Assembly: GCA_965287045.1 (NCBI GenBank)
Contig: OZ336899.1
Location: 21,886,001-21,950,000, forward strand
Origin: Carcharhinus amblyrhynchos
Taxonomy: Eukaryota
DNA length: 64,000 nt
Reading direction: 5' to 3'
Part shown: positions 1 to 12,559 of the stretch, piece by piece
Layout: every line of letters begins with the position of its first letter
Position numbering within the stretch: the first letter of the stretch is position 1
Made by a program: the position numbers and the translations under genes
Notes under the pieces: generated by a model
Told to the model about the DNA's origin: nothing
Databases searched by the model: none
The model's input: the letters and a program-made list of their open reading frames with translations, nothing else

Positions 1-227
1 CAGGGACAAGACAGTAACTCAAGCCTTAACGGGGAGTTGTGTGGGTGTTGTCTCCATTGACAAACTCATTGAAACAAATGTCCCTCCCCAAACCCTACCC
101 TCTGGGTAGTCCCTCCTCACCTGGCTCCCCTATCAATAACCCCCCGCCTCCCCTCCGCGCCCAATCTCTGCCCATCTCCCTAGGGTCTCACCATTGTTCC
201 CCACCTAAGACCCGCATGCTTATAGTG

Positions 228-525
228 GGGCGGCATGGTGGCACAGTGGTTAGCATTGCTGCCTCGCAGCACCAGGGACCCAGCTTCAATTACCGGCTTG
301 GGTCAATGTCTGTGTGGGGATCTGCGCATTCTCCCCATGTCTGCGTGAGTTTCCTCCAAGAGCTCCGGTTTCCTCCCACAGTCTGAAAGACGTGCTGGTT
401 AGGTGGATTAGCCATGCTAAATTCTCCCTCAGTGTACCCAAATAGATGCCAGAGTGTAGCGACTAGGGGATTTTCACAGTAACTTCATGGCAGTGCTAAC
501 GCTAAGAAATAAACTTAAAATTTAA
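228..525 (+). mobile_element. HE1-like V-SINE, subfamily with MER6-like 3' tail
   Basis: tRNA-like head GGGCGGCATGGTGGCACAGTGGTTAGC, V-domain TCCGGTTTCCTCCCACAGTC, tail ACTAGGGGATTTTCACAGTAACTTCAT...AATAAACTTAAA. Confidence 0.85.
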
Positions 526-2194
526 ATCTTCCTGGACTCTTGGGAATTAAGACAGTGGGGACCACTTGCAGTTCCAGCACTGTCCACTGCAGCCTCGGGC
601 ACTAGAGAGCTGTCAGCCTTACCGAGGCATGACTTCCTCCCCAGTGAGGGTTCAATGTCCCATTTCCACTCAATTAACACTTGTTGGGGCATTAAATGGC
701 TACAGAGCAGCCAGTATCAGAAGTGATGCCTTCTCCACCAACTCCTTAGCTGGTGGGAAGGCAAAGCCCACCATTCTAAGAATCTGGGCCGTGGATGCGG
801 CACAGAAGGAAGCCATTCAGCCCATCATGGCTGTGCTTGTTCTTTGAGTGAGTTACCAATGAATCCCAATCCCCTGCTTTTTCCTTATAGCGCCGCAAAT
901 ATTTCCCTTCCAGTATTCACCTGATTCTCTTGTGGAAGTTGCCTTGCAGGCAGTACATTACAGATCAAAACAAGTAGCTACATAGAGAAAAAAGGTTCCT
1001 TCGCTAAAATATGTTTGTAATAAGTCCTCGGATGCAGAAGCTCCTTCACCAAAATCCCTTTATTTACAAGTCAGACAACAGCATTTGGAGTTCTTTCAGT
1101 CAACAGTGTACACTCAGAGTCCCAGAGGAACTGACACGCCTGGGTAAGTACAAAGCAAGGGGCTTCCTGATTGGTTTGGCCCTTAATCAGGGAGTTCATA
1201 TTCTAAAAGGCCCACCTCAATTGCCTGATTAAAGTCATTACAATGTTCAAGGGAACATTTGTCAGCTTTATACAAAGAACAGATAATGCTGTCACCCTGT
1301 CAGCACCTGGAAAGTTCTTCATCATTCTGCATCAATAAATTACCTCAGAGCTACACCCAGCCCTGTGGCCTGTGCCGCCTCCTCTGGCCAGCTCAACTCA
1401 ACACGTGTTTCCCTACCTCCAACAAATCCAAGCGGATAAAGGTTAGGAACCGCTCTGAGGCTGTGCAACAGAGAAGGTCATGTGAGAAGACGGGAGGTGC
1501 AGCAAAACACATTTGAATTTTGGGCGGGTGATTGCAATTTGGTAATGCAAAGGGCTGTCAACTGCTAAGCTCGAACCCATTCTTACATTCTCTGACTGGT
1601 GTTGGTGAGCACTCACACCCCAAGCACTGTGGGTGCCTATTGAAGGTCTTGGGCTACTGAACAGGACTCTGAAATAACTCCCAGTAAGGCCGTGTGTTTC
1701 CGATAGGCTGTATGTCCCTCTCCCCCTCTTCAAATCCTGGAATTGTGCCACCGATTTTCCCCAAATCCTTTAGACGGGATGTGCCTTCTTAAGACGGCTT
1801 ACATTATCTCACTGCCTGCCTCTCTATTTTTTGTCAGTCCTCCAGTTTTTCAGTATAATTAAGTAGTCATGATGACACCAGCTTGCATGGTTCACACTGC
1901 TCCTCTCTCGCAGGAAGAGGCTATTGTGAGCCTTCGATAGAACTAAAGGCTCTCACCTCCCCCCTTCACCCCAGAATCTCAACTCACCAATTGCAGCATC
2001 CAATCTCAAATCAAAACCTCAAAATGATTTTCCATCTATCATATCGTTTATCAGGTCATTCCAAAGATTTTATCACTTCCTGAGATCTGGTTTCACTTAT
2101 TTAAGTTTATTTCCTTTCCCCTGCCGTTTGGTTTACCTTACCCGGACAATTTAATGTTTTATTCACCAGAACGAGGTCTCTCCCTAACTTCCAT

Positions 2195-2480
2195 GGGTGG
2201 CACAGTGCCAGGAACCCGGGTTCAATTGTGGCCTTGGGTCACTGTGTGGAGTTTGCACATTCTCCCAATGTCTGCGTGGGTTTCTTTTGGCTGCTCTGGT
2301 TTCCTCCCACAGCCCAAAAGATGGTTAGGTGGATTGGCCATGCTAAATTGCCTCTTAGTGTCCAAAGATGTGTAGACTAAGTGGGGTTATGGGGTTAAGG
2401 CAGTGACGTAGGCCTGGATATTTTTTCGGAGTGTTGGTGTGGACTCAATGGGCTGAATGGCCTCCTTCTGTATTGGTTAT
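2195..2480 (+). mobile_element. HE1-like V-SINE, internally deleted head
   Basis: GGTCACTGTGTGGAGTTTGCACATTCTCC...GGTTTCCTCCCACAG core and CR1-like tail ATGGGCTGAATGGCCTCCTTCTG. Confidence 0.8.
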
Positions 2481-3378
2481 TTAGAACTCAAGCTTCATCA
2501 TTTTAAGAAATTAGTGATAATCCCTCAATGCTTATCACACTCTTAAATGTCAATTCATTGGATGGAATCAGCCACTCGATCCCTGCCACCAATGGGAGTC
2601 TTGGCTTGTGGGACGGACAATCCTGTGGGAACTGTACAATTGATTTGACAGTGGGAATCGATGGTGGGAGCTTGAGGTTCCAATGATCATGGCAGGGTAA
2701 TGGCAGGAGGTCACCAGGAAACCCTTTCACATCCCTTTGTCAGGATGCAGATGAGCATCTGACTAGAATCTTCCCTCAGCACCCAATCATTTCCCCTACT
2801 CCGCCGGCACAACCTGACACTGGTCTGGATCACGTGCAGATCACCATGGCGGGAATATGTCGGGGTTCACCAGGATGAAGTCCAGGGACAGCTTGCGGAG
2901 AGCGGAGGAGAGGGAGGCCTCCAGCATTTGGAAAGGAAAGCAGAGCAAATGAGATACTGTCTGCCCCACTGCGAGAAAAGCCTGGCTGCATAATAAATAA
3001 ACCCAACACCGCGTCATTTGCTGTTATTTGTTTCTTCAAAAGGAACTCTTCAAATGCTGACAATAAAAATATAACAAAACTCGCTCCAACTTATAAATCA
3101 AAGAAACGTCATTACTTCAAACTTGTGGCTTCGCCCTGGACCACTACAAGCGCCCCACAATTCCCAACAGGTTCTTATTTATAGTGACCATCACATCATT
3201 CTGTAATTGGTTCCATGGTTTACTGGATCAGCTGACCCTTACAGCTTGTTACCATTGATCATATTACATCCAATACAAAAATGTTACATTCTAACATTAT
3301 TTCCCTCTGAGCTTCGGGCAGAAAACACTCTTGTTTCCCGACCCCTCCATGGGATATTGGTCCAGAGAGGTCTTATTG

Positions 3379-4048
3379 TGTCTTATAATAACTAAATATC
3401 ATTTAGCTATGGGATTGTTTGATTGTGTGTGTGGAGTTTAGATGGGGTTCTTTGAGGCTTGTCTATTCTCCCAAAGTAATCTTTTTTTGTTAGTCATTCA
3501 TGGGACAGGGGCATCGCTGACTGGACCAGCATTTATTGCCCATCCTTAGTCGCCCTTGAACTGAGTGGATTGCTAGGTCATTTCAGAAAACAATTGAGAG
3601 TCAACCGTATTGCTCTGACTCTGGAGTTACATAATATAGGCCAGACCAGGTAAAGATGGCAAATTTCCTTCCCTAAGGGACATTAATGAACCAGATGGGA
3701 TTTTCTGACAATCGACAGTGGTTTCACAGTCATCAGTAGATTCTCAATTCCAGATTTTTTTAAATTGAGTTCAAATTCTACCATCTGCTGTGGCAGGATT
3801 CGAACCCAGAACACTAGCTGAGTTTCTGGATGAATAGTCTAGTAATAATACCAGTAGGTCACCACCTCCCCATAATCTGTAGTTTATTAAAACCATTCCG
3901 ATTCATTTACAGTTCCTGTGCACACATCTGGAATTCTGTCTGAGGTCGGAACTTCTCCTTCCTCCAGATCTCTGTTACTCAATCATGTGATGTTACATCA
4001 TCATTACATCAGCATCATGTGCTTCTGATATTAACCCTTTACTCTACA
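3379..4048 (-). mobile_element. Putative solo LTR interrupted by a SINE
   Basis: Minus strand starts TGTAGAGTAAAGGGTTAA, has AATAAA just before the SINE and resumes after it, ending near ATAAGACA; no clear TSD. Confidence 0.4.
3482..3871 (-). mobile_element. tRNA-derived SINE, second family (GGGGAGGCGATGGCCTAGTGG head type)
   Basis: Matches other copies at 14.8, 16.4, 22.3 and 24.3 kb; A-rich tail; TAATCT duplicated on both sides. Confidence 0.8.
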
Positions 4049-5017
4049 TTTAATACCCATTATTGGTCTGGCTTACACATGATTCTCATTCCAACCTGGT
4101 TCTCTCTTCACACCATCTAGAGTGGGGTAGCAGGATGCAGATTTGTGGAAACAAAAATTGTGTGAAGACAGCTCACTACGTATTAAAAATGGATTCTTGG
4201 GATGGGAAAGGCAGGATTTTGATGTGCCTCCCAGTCTCTTTGAGGACATAAAAAGTCAACCACAAAGAACAGGGCTGAAGTCACATCAAATTTCGAACAA
4301 TCCTGTCACACCTTGAAATACGTTAGCCAGATTGCTGCTGACTTCAATAATCTGACAGCTTTCACAGTCCGGTAGTTTTCTGGTAGTGGGATAGGGTCTG
4401 GATAAGATGCACCGTCAGAGCCGGTGAGGATTTGATGGGCCAAATAGCCTCCTTCTTCACTGTAGGTATTCTATATACTTTCCCAAAATGTGCTGCTGGT
4501 GAATAAAGGATTGTGGCCAATGTGACAATTAACCCAATGTGACCCTTAGTCTTTAAGCATCTTAGACATGCTACTGAATTATAAAGCTGGAGTGGACAAA
4601 TGTCTATATTCAATGCATCTGGCCCTGGAAACATTTCTGGATTAACGCAAAAGCAATTAAAGTGTTAAAGATTGTCATGCCTTTGGTGTGTTTCCTATTA
4701 TATAGCATTGAAAATGTCCTTAATAAACATTGACAGCTCTTGTACTCCCAACAAGAGAAATCCTCCCAATTATCATCACTGTCGATAAACATGAGAGATT
4801 ATTCCCTTCAGGCAGTTAGCATGATTTCACACTCAGCCTGTCTAAATGTGGGTTTTCACATGCTCAAGCCTACTTGTGACACTATTAAACAAACATACTA
4901 TACCTGTTCCACTCGCCACACTCAGAATCGGCACCCTCACAGCAGGGTACAGGGGAGTAGGAGGAGGAACAAGGTGGAATGGAATATTGGGATGATTTGT
5001 GGTTAAAAAAAATTGTG

Positions 5018-5436
5018 GGTGACATGGTGGCACAGTGGTTAGCACTGCTGCCTCACAGTGCCAGGGTCCCGGGTTCAATTCCGGCCTCAGGTGACTGTTT
5101 GTATGAAGTTTGCACATTCTCCCGTGTCTGTGCGGGTTTCTTCCGGGTACTCCGGTTTCCTCCCACAGTCCAAATATGTGAGAATTAGGTGCACTGACCA
5201 TGCTAACTGACCCTAAAGTGAGGGAATTAGCAGGGTAAATATGTGGGCATGATGTGGAGATCCTGCAATCATCATCTGATGAAGGATTAGCGCTCCAAAA
5301 GCTTGTGCTACCAAATAAATCTGTTGGACTTTAACAGATGTGGAGTTACAGGGATAAAGCCTGGGTGGGATTGTGGTCGGTGCAGCCTCGATGGGCTGAA
5401 TGGCCTCCTTCTGCACTGCGGGGATTCTATGATTCT
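5018..5436 (+). mobile_element. HE1-like V-SINE with an internal Penelope-like fragment (about 5248-5335)
   Basis: Full head and V-domain, GATTCTATGATTCTA tail; ends about 50 bp before the HSPB7 splice acceptor. Confidence 0.85.
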
Positions 5437-5485
5437 AAACACCTGTGCCGCATTCAAATATAAAGCAAATTCCTTTCATTTCCAG

Positions 5486-5671
5486 CTGGCTGCAGATGGA
5501 ACTGTAATGAACACATTCACGCACAAATGTCAGCTCCCAGATGACGTGGACCCCACCTCCCTGACCTCGGCTCTGGGTGACGATGGGACGCTGACGATTA
5601 AAGCGAAGAGGCACCCGGCCAAGCACACCGAACACGTGCAACAGACTTTCAGAACTGAGATTAAGATCTGA
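5486..5671 (+). CDS. HSPB7: Heat shock protein beta-7 (cvHSP), final coding exon (C-terminal alpha-crystallin domain)
   Basis: Acceptor tttcatttccag, then [61 protein letters not shown], near-identical to the vertebrate HSPB7 C-terminus. Confidence 0.96.
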   Translation: MAADGTVMNTFTHKCQLPDDVDPTSLTSALGDDGTLTIKAKRHPAKHTEHVQQTFRTEIKI

Positions 5672-8054
5672 GCAGGCAAGCGGCGAGAGTGGGTAATGGA
5701 GGGTGGGTGCTTGTTAATGCCAGTGGCTGCGTCCTGTCACGCAGAATGCAGCACGTGCTGGTGTCTCACACCCCACCCTACCATTGTAAAATATTATCTC
5801 AACTCTTGTAAGCTTGGAATCAGTGAGTAAAGCCCGTGCAATCAGATATTTGACACTTCCTATCGCATTATTTAGTAATTCCATTCATATCATGTATCCA
5901 TTATTAACCTACGACACAATACAGTGGCAGACTCGTTCGAATGTTTTCCTGTACCAAAATGACTGCTAGTTGCATTGAATGAAGCCAATAATGGTGATAA
6001 TCCAATGCTCCGAGTGTGTGAATGGTCTTGTCACGTAAGGTAAAACAGATCAGCAGCATTGGTCGAAGAGTTTATCAGTTGATCCCCTCCTAGTTTAACT
6101 CTCCTGTATATGAGTTTTTGTACATAGATTTGCAGCATTGCGCTGTGTATTTGTTATTTGACAAGCGATTCGCTTCTGTGACTTGGATGATTGTGGAAGA
6201 GAGCGTGTGTTGTTAATGGTATTACGAAAGGAATGGTCACAGAACGGAAGAATATAACACCAGTCAGGAATCGGCAAAGGCCATTACCTCCAACAGAACT
6301 GCCCCTTTATACACAGATGTGAACACAAGCGATAAAATGTGGCCAAGGTGTCTGAACCTCCACTTAAGTCACGATGCTGCCATTTTCCCCGCACACAAAC
6401 ATAGGCATTAGGAGCAAGAGTAGGCCACCCAGCCCCGCAAGCCCACTCGCCATTCAGTAAGATCATGGCCGATCTGATTGTAACCTCAAAATTCCCATTC
6501 TCGCCTCGTGCCCCCGATGACCTTTCCCCCTTCACTCATCGCGGTTGCATTTCTACCTGCTGCGTTCTCCTCTGGATGCAGTAAATGCCTAAAAACCCCT
6601 TAATACAATCATTTAATCATCAGACCAAAATATCTAGCTGGTAGCTCTGTACTGAGAGAGGTGAGGACAGGGGTGAGAGATAGAATGTCTCAAACTCAGC
6701 CCGTGGAAGCTGAAACTGAGACAGCTTTACCCAATAATGTTAATGTGCCCAGATACCCCTGGAAGTTCTCAGCTTATATTTGTGATTCTTTACTACAAAA
6801 GGATTTTACAGTAAAAGCAGTTCTGGTTCATATCTGACAATGGCAATGGATTCCAATTCACAACCTATCGATAAAATGAGGAACCACAGATGAGAGAGAG
6901 AAGACCTTGGTTCATGAATGCTCCTCCTAGTAAGGTGTTGGCCTTGCCTCTTTAGTTAGACGACCATGGATGCAAGGCCACAGAGGTAGTGGGAATACAA
7001 GCAGGGCCCTTTCAGTTCCGTCTTGTGGTTTTAAAACATTCTACTTGAAGGTTGGCCACCTATCCTGCTGTTGGGGTCCCCACCAATTCCAAACAGATGA
7101 TCCAGTCTGGTTTATGCGCGTACTAGCCCACCCACCCTTAGGCCTATTGAAGGCTTTAAGTGACCAATTATTCCCAACTTAAGGCCCTTAATCTGCCTCC
7201 ACTGCCATAATACACCAATCACCCAAAGACAGCTCAGAGCGAGAAGGCCATCTTCTTTTTAATACAAATTTAATGAAAGGGCGGGAAGAAAGTTGGGGAG
7301 TATTATTCCGAAGTGCTGGTGTGTACTGGGGGCATCTATCCCCAAGATGTTAGCCCCCATTTGGGTCTCCTGGTCTCCAAAACCTACCCCCCTCCCAACA
7401 CCCATCTCTAGGGCACTCGATCCCTCCCAGTGTCCATCTTCAATCCTGGGGGGTCTCCATGCAGTCCCCAGCGGCCCCCAGCAGAGTTCTGCTACTGCAG
7501 GGGCTGGAAGCTATCAGGTTGGCTGGAAGCTCTCAGTGAGTCCGACCTGCATCTTGTGTAAGCCACTCAGAGTGAGTTACCAACGCGGGTGCGACTTTAT
7601 TTCAGTCAACTGACTTTTTGCTTTCGACTGCACCCCCTCTTCAGTTATTTAAAAAACCTTTTGTTACAGTTTTGTTTGCACTTCAGCCCCACGTTCCTGA
7701 TCTACAGGCAGCTGGTGGGGAGAGGAGTGGGAAAGTAGGAGGAACTCCTCGTGAGCCTGCTCCTGGACCCGGCTAAACTCATCACCAACAGGCCAGGCAG
7801 CCAGTGACTGAGGGGGTCATCCGACAGGCCTGTCTGTCCCTCCACCACAGACAATCACAGCCGGGTGCCTCTGGAGAGGGAGCATGCAGTAACTGTCGGC
7901 ACAGTCAAGACCTTCCATGCTCGTTGGGCACCGCAGGGACTGGGATGCCTTATTGACCCTATTAATCACATTTTGGTTTGATGTTTTAAGTTTGATTTGG
8001 GATTTGGTTTTTATTGAAGGCAGTGTCCCTTTTATTTTGTCCCTCAGTTTGTCT

Positions 8055-8398
8055 GAATCCCTGTAGTGCGGAAGGAGGCCATTCTGCCCATCGGGTCTGA
8101 GCTGACTCTGACCCAGTATCATACCCAAGCCCTCACCCCTGCCCTATCCCCATAACCCCACAAACTTACCATAGCTAATTATTCTAATGTACACATTATT
8201 TGGACACTGAGGGGCAGCTTGGTTTGGCCAATCCGCCCAACCTGCACATCTTGGGAGTGTGGGAGGAAACCGGAGCACCCGAAGGAAACCCACGCCAACA
8301 CAGGGAGAACATGCAGACAGTGACTCAAGCTGGGAACCAAACCCAGGTCCTTGGCACTGTGAGACAGCAGTGCTAATCACTGTGCCACCATGCTGCCA
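8055..8398 (-). mobile_element. HE1-like V-SINE
   Basis: Reverse complement of HE1 head, V-domain and tail (GGGAGGAAACCGGAGCACCCG...GCAGTGCTAATCACTGTGCCACCATGCTGCC). Confidence 0.85.
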
Positions 8399-8479
8399 CA
8401 AATTGATTTAGTTTTGTACAAGAGTTGGAAGTGACTTTTCTTCCTGACTTCACTCCCTCCCATCCTCCCCTCTCACCAG

Positions 8480-8625
8480 CTCCAACCCCTCATTTGTGGA
8501 ACTTCGCTGACTGCAAATTACCCTACGTTTCCTTACATCAAAACAGTATCACCACTTCAAAGACTTTGTTGGTTGCTAAGCGCTTGAGAAGTCATGAAAG
8601 CTGCCATGAATAAAACTGTAAGCTT
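8480..8625 (+). mobile_element. Degraded 3' part of a Deu-domain (SacSINE1/AmnSINE-like) SINE
   Basis: TTTCCTTACATCAAAACAG...CACTTCAAAGACTTTGTTGGTTGCTAAGCGCTTGAGA resembles the DeuSINE tail. Confidence 0.45.
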
Positions 8626-9025
8626 GCTGTTCCTTTCTGTAATACCCTTTTGTCCTAGCAGCCTGTCGCATTGTAAATACTCCAATGCTTCACCCTATTC
8701 CCCAGCAGAATATTACAAGCAGTTTATTACTTTATTGAATTTTTACTTATCCAAAGTTCTTCCTAAATCTTTTTCTCATTCATAGAGGTTTTGTTCTCTG
8801 GTGTTAGTTTCTTGGATTACTACAAATATGGATTCCACATTTATCTTATCTACACCAGTTAATAAGTGTATCTGAGAGTCACAGAGATATACAGCATGGA
8901 AACAGGCCCTTTGGCCCAACTCGTCCATGCCAACCAAGTTTCCTAAACTGAACTTGATGCGGATCCACTTCTGCCCGCTCTATAAAATTTAGTTTAATTC
9001 CTCGATCATGCCCTTTATACCTGTC

Positions 9026-9145
9026 GGGTGGAATTTTCCTGTCCCGCCAACCACTTGAATCGTAGCAGGCGGGACACGGACCATGTCTGTTGACCTCGGG
9101 TGGGATTTTCTGGCTTTGGAGTGAGCATGTCTGGAAAATCCCGTT
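9026..9145. mobile_element. MITE (GGGCGG(A/G)ATTTTCC-type TIRs)
   Basis: GGGTGGAATTTTCC...GGAAAATCCCG termini; similar to the elements at 18518 and 52894. Confidence 0.6.
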
Positions 9146-9206
9146 GCTGGAGTTTTATTACTTGACATAATTTCCTAGGCGCCATAGGATTTCAGAGTGT
9201 CAAGCC

Positions 9207-9700
9207 TGTTATGTTGAGAACAGCTCCAGACCTCTCCATCTCGCAACACCTTCTTTTCCCCACAAACAGTTTTTCCGATTCGAGCTTCTTTCTTAAAGGA
9301 GTTTTGATCATCCCGTGTTTAGAAAGTTGTCAGGAGTCCTCTAGAAAGCACATAGTGAAGTTACAGAGCATGGAGGCTCTCCATGGATTTACACCTGAAA
9401 CATTCACAGATAAGGCTTTCTGAGGGTTCACGGCTGTCCCACCCTATATGTGCATCTGAACACAATTAAGTACAGGCCACTTTAGAAAGGAATTCCTGGA
9501 TAGTTCATTTTTAACCCATTCTAATGTATCCCCCACTTAGAGTCAGTACTTGTTTTGATGTTACTATTACATAAATAAATATATTTTTTCTTTCCTGTTA
9601 TATCTAACAGAATTCCGCTGTATTTGCGTTTTAATAAATAAACATACTCCATTCTGATTTCATGGAGGTCTGAGTGTTGTTCTGGAAGTTATGTAACACA
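9207..9700 (+). mobile_element. Putative solo LTR
   Basis: TGTTA...TAACACA ends, AATAAA about 60 bp before the end, imperfect 5-bp TSD aagcc/atgcc. Confidence 0.4.
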
Positions 9701-10496
9701 ATGCCAGCAACAGCTTTATGCAGCTGCGATCGCCAAATATACCTTCATTGCTTCAGAATAATATGCTCGGGTGGCGTTTGACTCAAAGCAAGGCTATATC
9801 CTGGTGGGCACTGTCCTTCATCACTGAACTCCAGTGTCCAAGTTCGAGGGGCAGTTGCAAAGAGGTCAATCAATCGCCAGAGAGGGCTTTTGTCACAAGC
9901 AGAACACAACGAAGTAAATGCAGCAAAACGTGAGGACTCCTTAGCCCTTACCATCCTGTGCCAGCGTCACGGCGTGACAATGGGAATGCTTGTGTCCATC
10001 TTATGACCTCAAAGTCTCACCCACTTTCTCCACACTTTGTTTCTTCATCCAGCCTTTTATAGTTTTCTATCTCTTTGCTATCAAACTCCCGCTCTTCTAC
10101 ACATCCTTGTCCCAGAACCATGGGGTTATGGAAGGAGGCTGTTCGGCCCATCGAGTCCATACCATAGCTCTCTCTGTCAATCCTGTTCCCCTGCTCTATG
10201 TCTGCATCCCTACAAGATTATGGTCTTCAGGTGCCCAGGCGACTTCCTTTGGTGATTATTGATTGGCACAGTTTTCACAGTGGGCAGCGAGTCCCAGGCC
10301 AGGACCACCCCCCTGTACAAAACCATTCGTCCTCACATTCCACCGGCATCTCTGCCCAAAACCTGAATTCTGTGTCACTCTTCCCAGTTCACGGGAAGAG
10401 CTTTCAAATTCCCCATCCCTGGCACTTGCATCTTCCCTTTGCTTCATTCCTGTTTCGTACATTCCTCCCCAAAAATGTCAATAGTTGGTTTTCCGA

Positions 10497-10805
10497 CACC
10501 TCCCCCTCACGGGAATGGGTGGCACGGTGGCACACAGCAGGGACCCAGGTTCAATTCCAGCCTCGCTGTCTGTGTGGAGTTTGCACATTCTCCCCGTGTC
10601 TGCGTGGGTTTCCTCCTGGTGCTCCCATTTCCTCCCACACTCCAAAGATATGTGGGTTAGGTTGATTGCCCATGCTTAAGTGCCCCTTAATGTCAGGGTG
10701 ATTAGCAGGGTAAATAAGTGGGGTTACGAAAACCTGGGTGGGTTTGTTGTCGGTGCAGGCTTGATGGGCCAAATGGCCTCCGTCTGCACCGTAGGGATTC
10801 AATGA
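10497..10805 (+). mobile_element. HE1-like V-SINE
   Basis: Head, V-domain and CR1-type tail GGGCCAAATGGCCTCCGTCTGCACCGTAGGGATTC. Confidence 0.85.
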
Positions 10806-11394
10806 ATTATTACAATTCCTTCTATTGTTTTAGTGCCTATTTTGTGCTGAGTAGATCAAACAATGCTCCCATTCCTTGGCCAGGCCCTCAGTTCTTATTT
10901 ATTTAAAGGCTTATTTCTATTTAAGGCTGCACGTCTGCCAGAGAAGCCAATCTCTTAGTGAGGCAGTGGAGATGTAGATTAGACCATGTATATAACATTC
11001 TCCCCAGGAGGGAAAAAAATCCCATTCCTCAGCCTTGAGTCAGCCCCAGCGAACACACAGATAACACCACACCCTGTCTGAGACTATTGCTAATCACACT
11101 GGAACATTATGTGCCTGGAGACTGGAGCCAACATTTCAAAGCCTCATGACAGGTCCCTGGAAAGTTGCTGAGGGAGAAAGCTAATGTCCGCTGGGAATTT
11201 GCTCCCTAATTGCACTTTGGCCCTTACTGGCCCTTCTGACAGCAGTTAATACAAGTATATAAATCATTCCTCATTCGTTCCAAAGGTTAGTGGATTGGCC
11301 ATGCCAAATTGGTGTCCCAAGATGTGTAGGTTGAGGGAATAGCAGGGTAAATATGTGGGATTACCAGGATGGGGTCTCGGTGAGATGTTCTCAT

Positions 11395-11694
11395 TTCTTT
11401 ATTATTATTTAGTTTGTTATTTATTAGTGCCACAAGTAGTCTTACATTAACACTTCAACTAAGTTACTGTGAAAATCCCCTAGTCGCCACACTCCTGTTT
11501 GGGTACACTGAGGGAGAATTTAGCATGGCCAATGCATCTAACCAGGCTGTGGGAGTAAATTGGAGCACCCAAGGAAACCCACGCAGACATCGGAAAACGT
11601 GCAAACTCCACACAGGGAGTGACCCAAGCTAGAAATCAAACCTGGATCCCTGGCACTGCGAGGCAGCAGTGCGAACCACTGTGCCACCGTGCCA
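11395..11694 (-). mobile_element. HE1-like V-SINE (MER6-like tail) nested in the 3' part of another HE1 (about 11280-11772)
   Basis: Reverse-complement tail TTATTTATTAGTGCCACAAGTAGTCTTACATTAACAC...GTTACTGTGAAAATCCCCTAGT and head CCACTGTGCCACCGTGCCAC. Confidence 0.8.
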
Positions 11695-11772
11695 CTCTAA
11701 AGTGGCTCTAGTGGAGAGTCAGTACAGACTCAATGTGCTGAGTGTCCTCCTTCTGCTCTATAGGGATTCTAT

Positions 11773-12224
11773 GAGCGCGATTTTACCAGCCATTCACGCC
11801 ACACTCCTGCTGCAGCGAAGTTGGAGGACTGTGGACCTGTACGCCCAGATGTATGTTTTCTATTTATAGATTTGATTTTTTCTTAGAGCAATGCAGAAAT
11901 GTCATTAGTTTGTAAGTGTGTTGGAACATTATTTATGAGGTTTTATACAATGCTTCAAAATTTACTCTCTCTATCTTCCAGCAGCTTTGAGTTTCTTTTG
12001 TGATGTCTGATTACTTTGCTCTGAATCAACACCCAGACTTAACCAATCAAGCACAACAAACATGAATCATTTACCAACTCACATGATCAAGTACAGAGCA
12101 ATTGAATGCTACACAATTCACTGATGGCTCCAGAGTTATTTCCTCTAATTTTCTCACTCAGATCAGTCACTGCCGTTTACTGCAGCACGATGGGAAAATC
12201 CCACTGGTGTGTAACATTTCACCC
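11773..12224. mobile_element. MITE carrying a captured 347-bp fragment (11828-12174)
   Basis: GAGCGCGATTTTACC...GTAACATTTCACCC degenerate TIRs inserted in a GATTCTAT SINE tail; interior duplicates 14195-14542. Confidence 0.55.
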
Positions 12225-12559
12225 CATGATTCTATGAAATCCACAAATACGGAATATCGTCCTCGTGGCTCCACGGGTAAAAGCAGTGCCACATGTGATG
12301 AGACAGCTTGGACTTGATGTTCCCACCTTCCTTTCCTTGTTACCTGTTATCAGCCAGGACAGTAAGCACTGCCCTACAGGAAGAATCCCATAGCTCTTGT
12401 TCAAAGTAACTGTGATACCTTCCATGGTTAAATAAGGGGATGGTAGCATGGTGGTATACATTACTGAACGAGTAATCCAGAGAGCTGGACTAATGCTCCA
12501 GAGGAATTGGTTCAAATCCCATTTCGGCAAGCTGGAGGAATTTAAATAATAAAAGCTCC

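Noticed and set aside
5303-5485. N-terminal part of the 122-aa ORF as HSPB7 coding sequence
   Set aside because: It is SINE/PLE sequence upstream of a clear splice acceptor at 5484-5485; homology starts at LAADG.
1-5485. HSPB7 exons 1-2
   Set aside because: No segment encoding the expected DFSPEDIIVTTSNN-like sequence was found; these exons probably lie upstream of the window.
5672-7300. HSPB7 polyadenylation site
   Set aside because: I could not identify a convincing canonical AATAAA close to the stop codon, so the 3' end is left unannotated.
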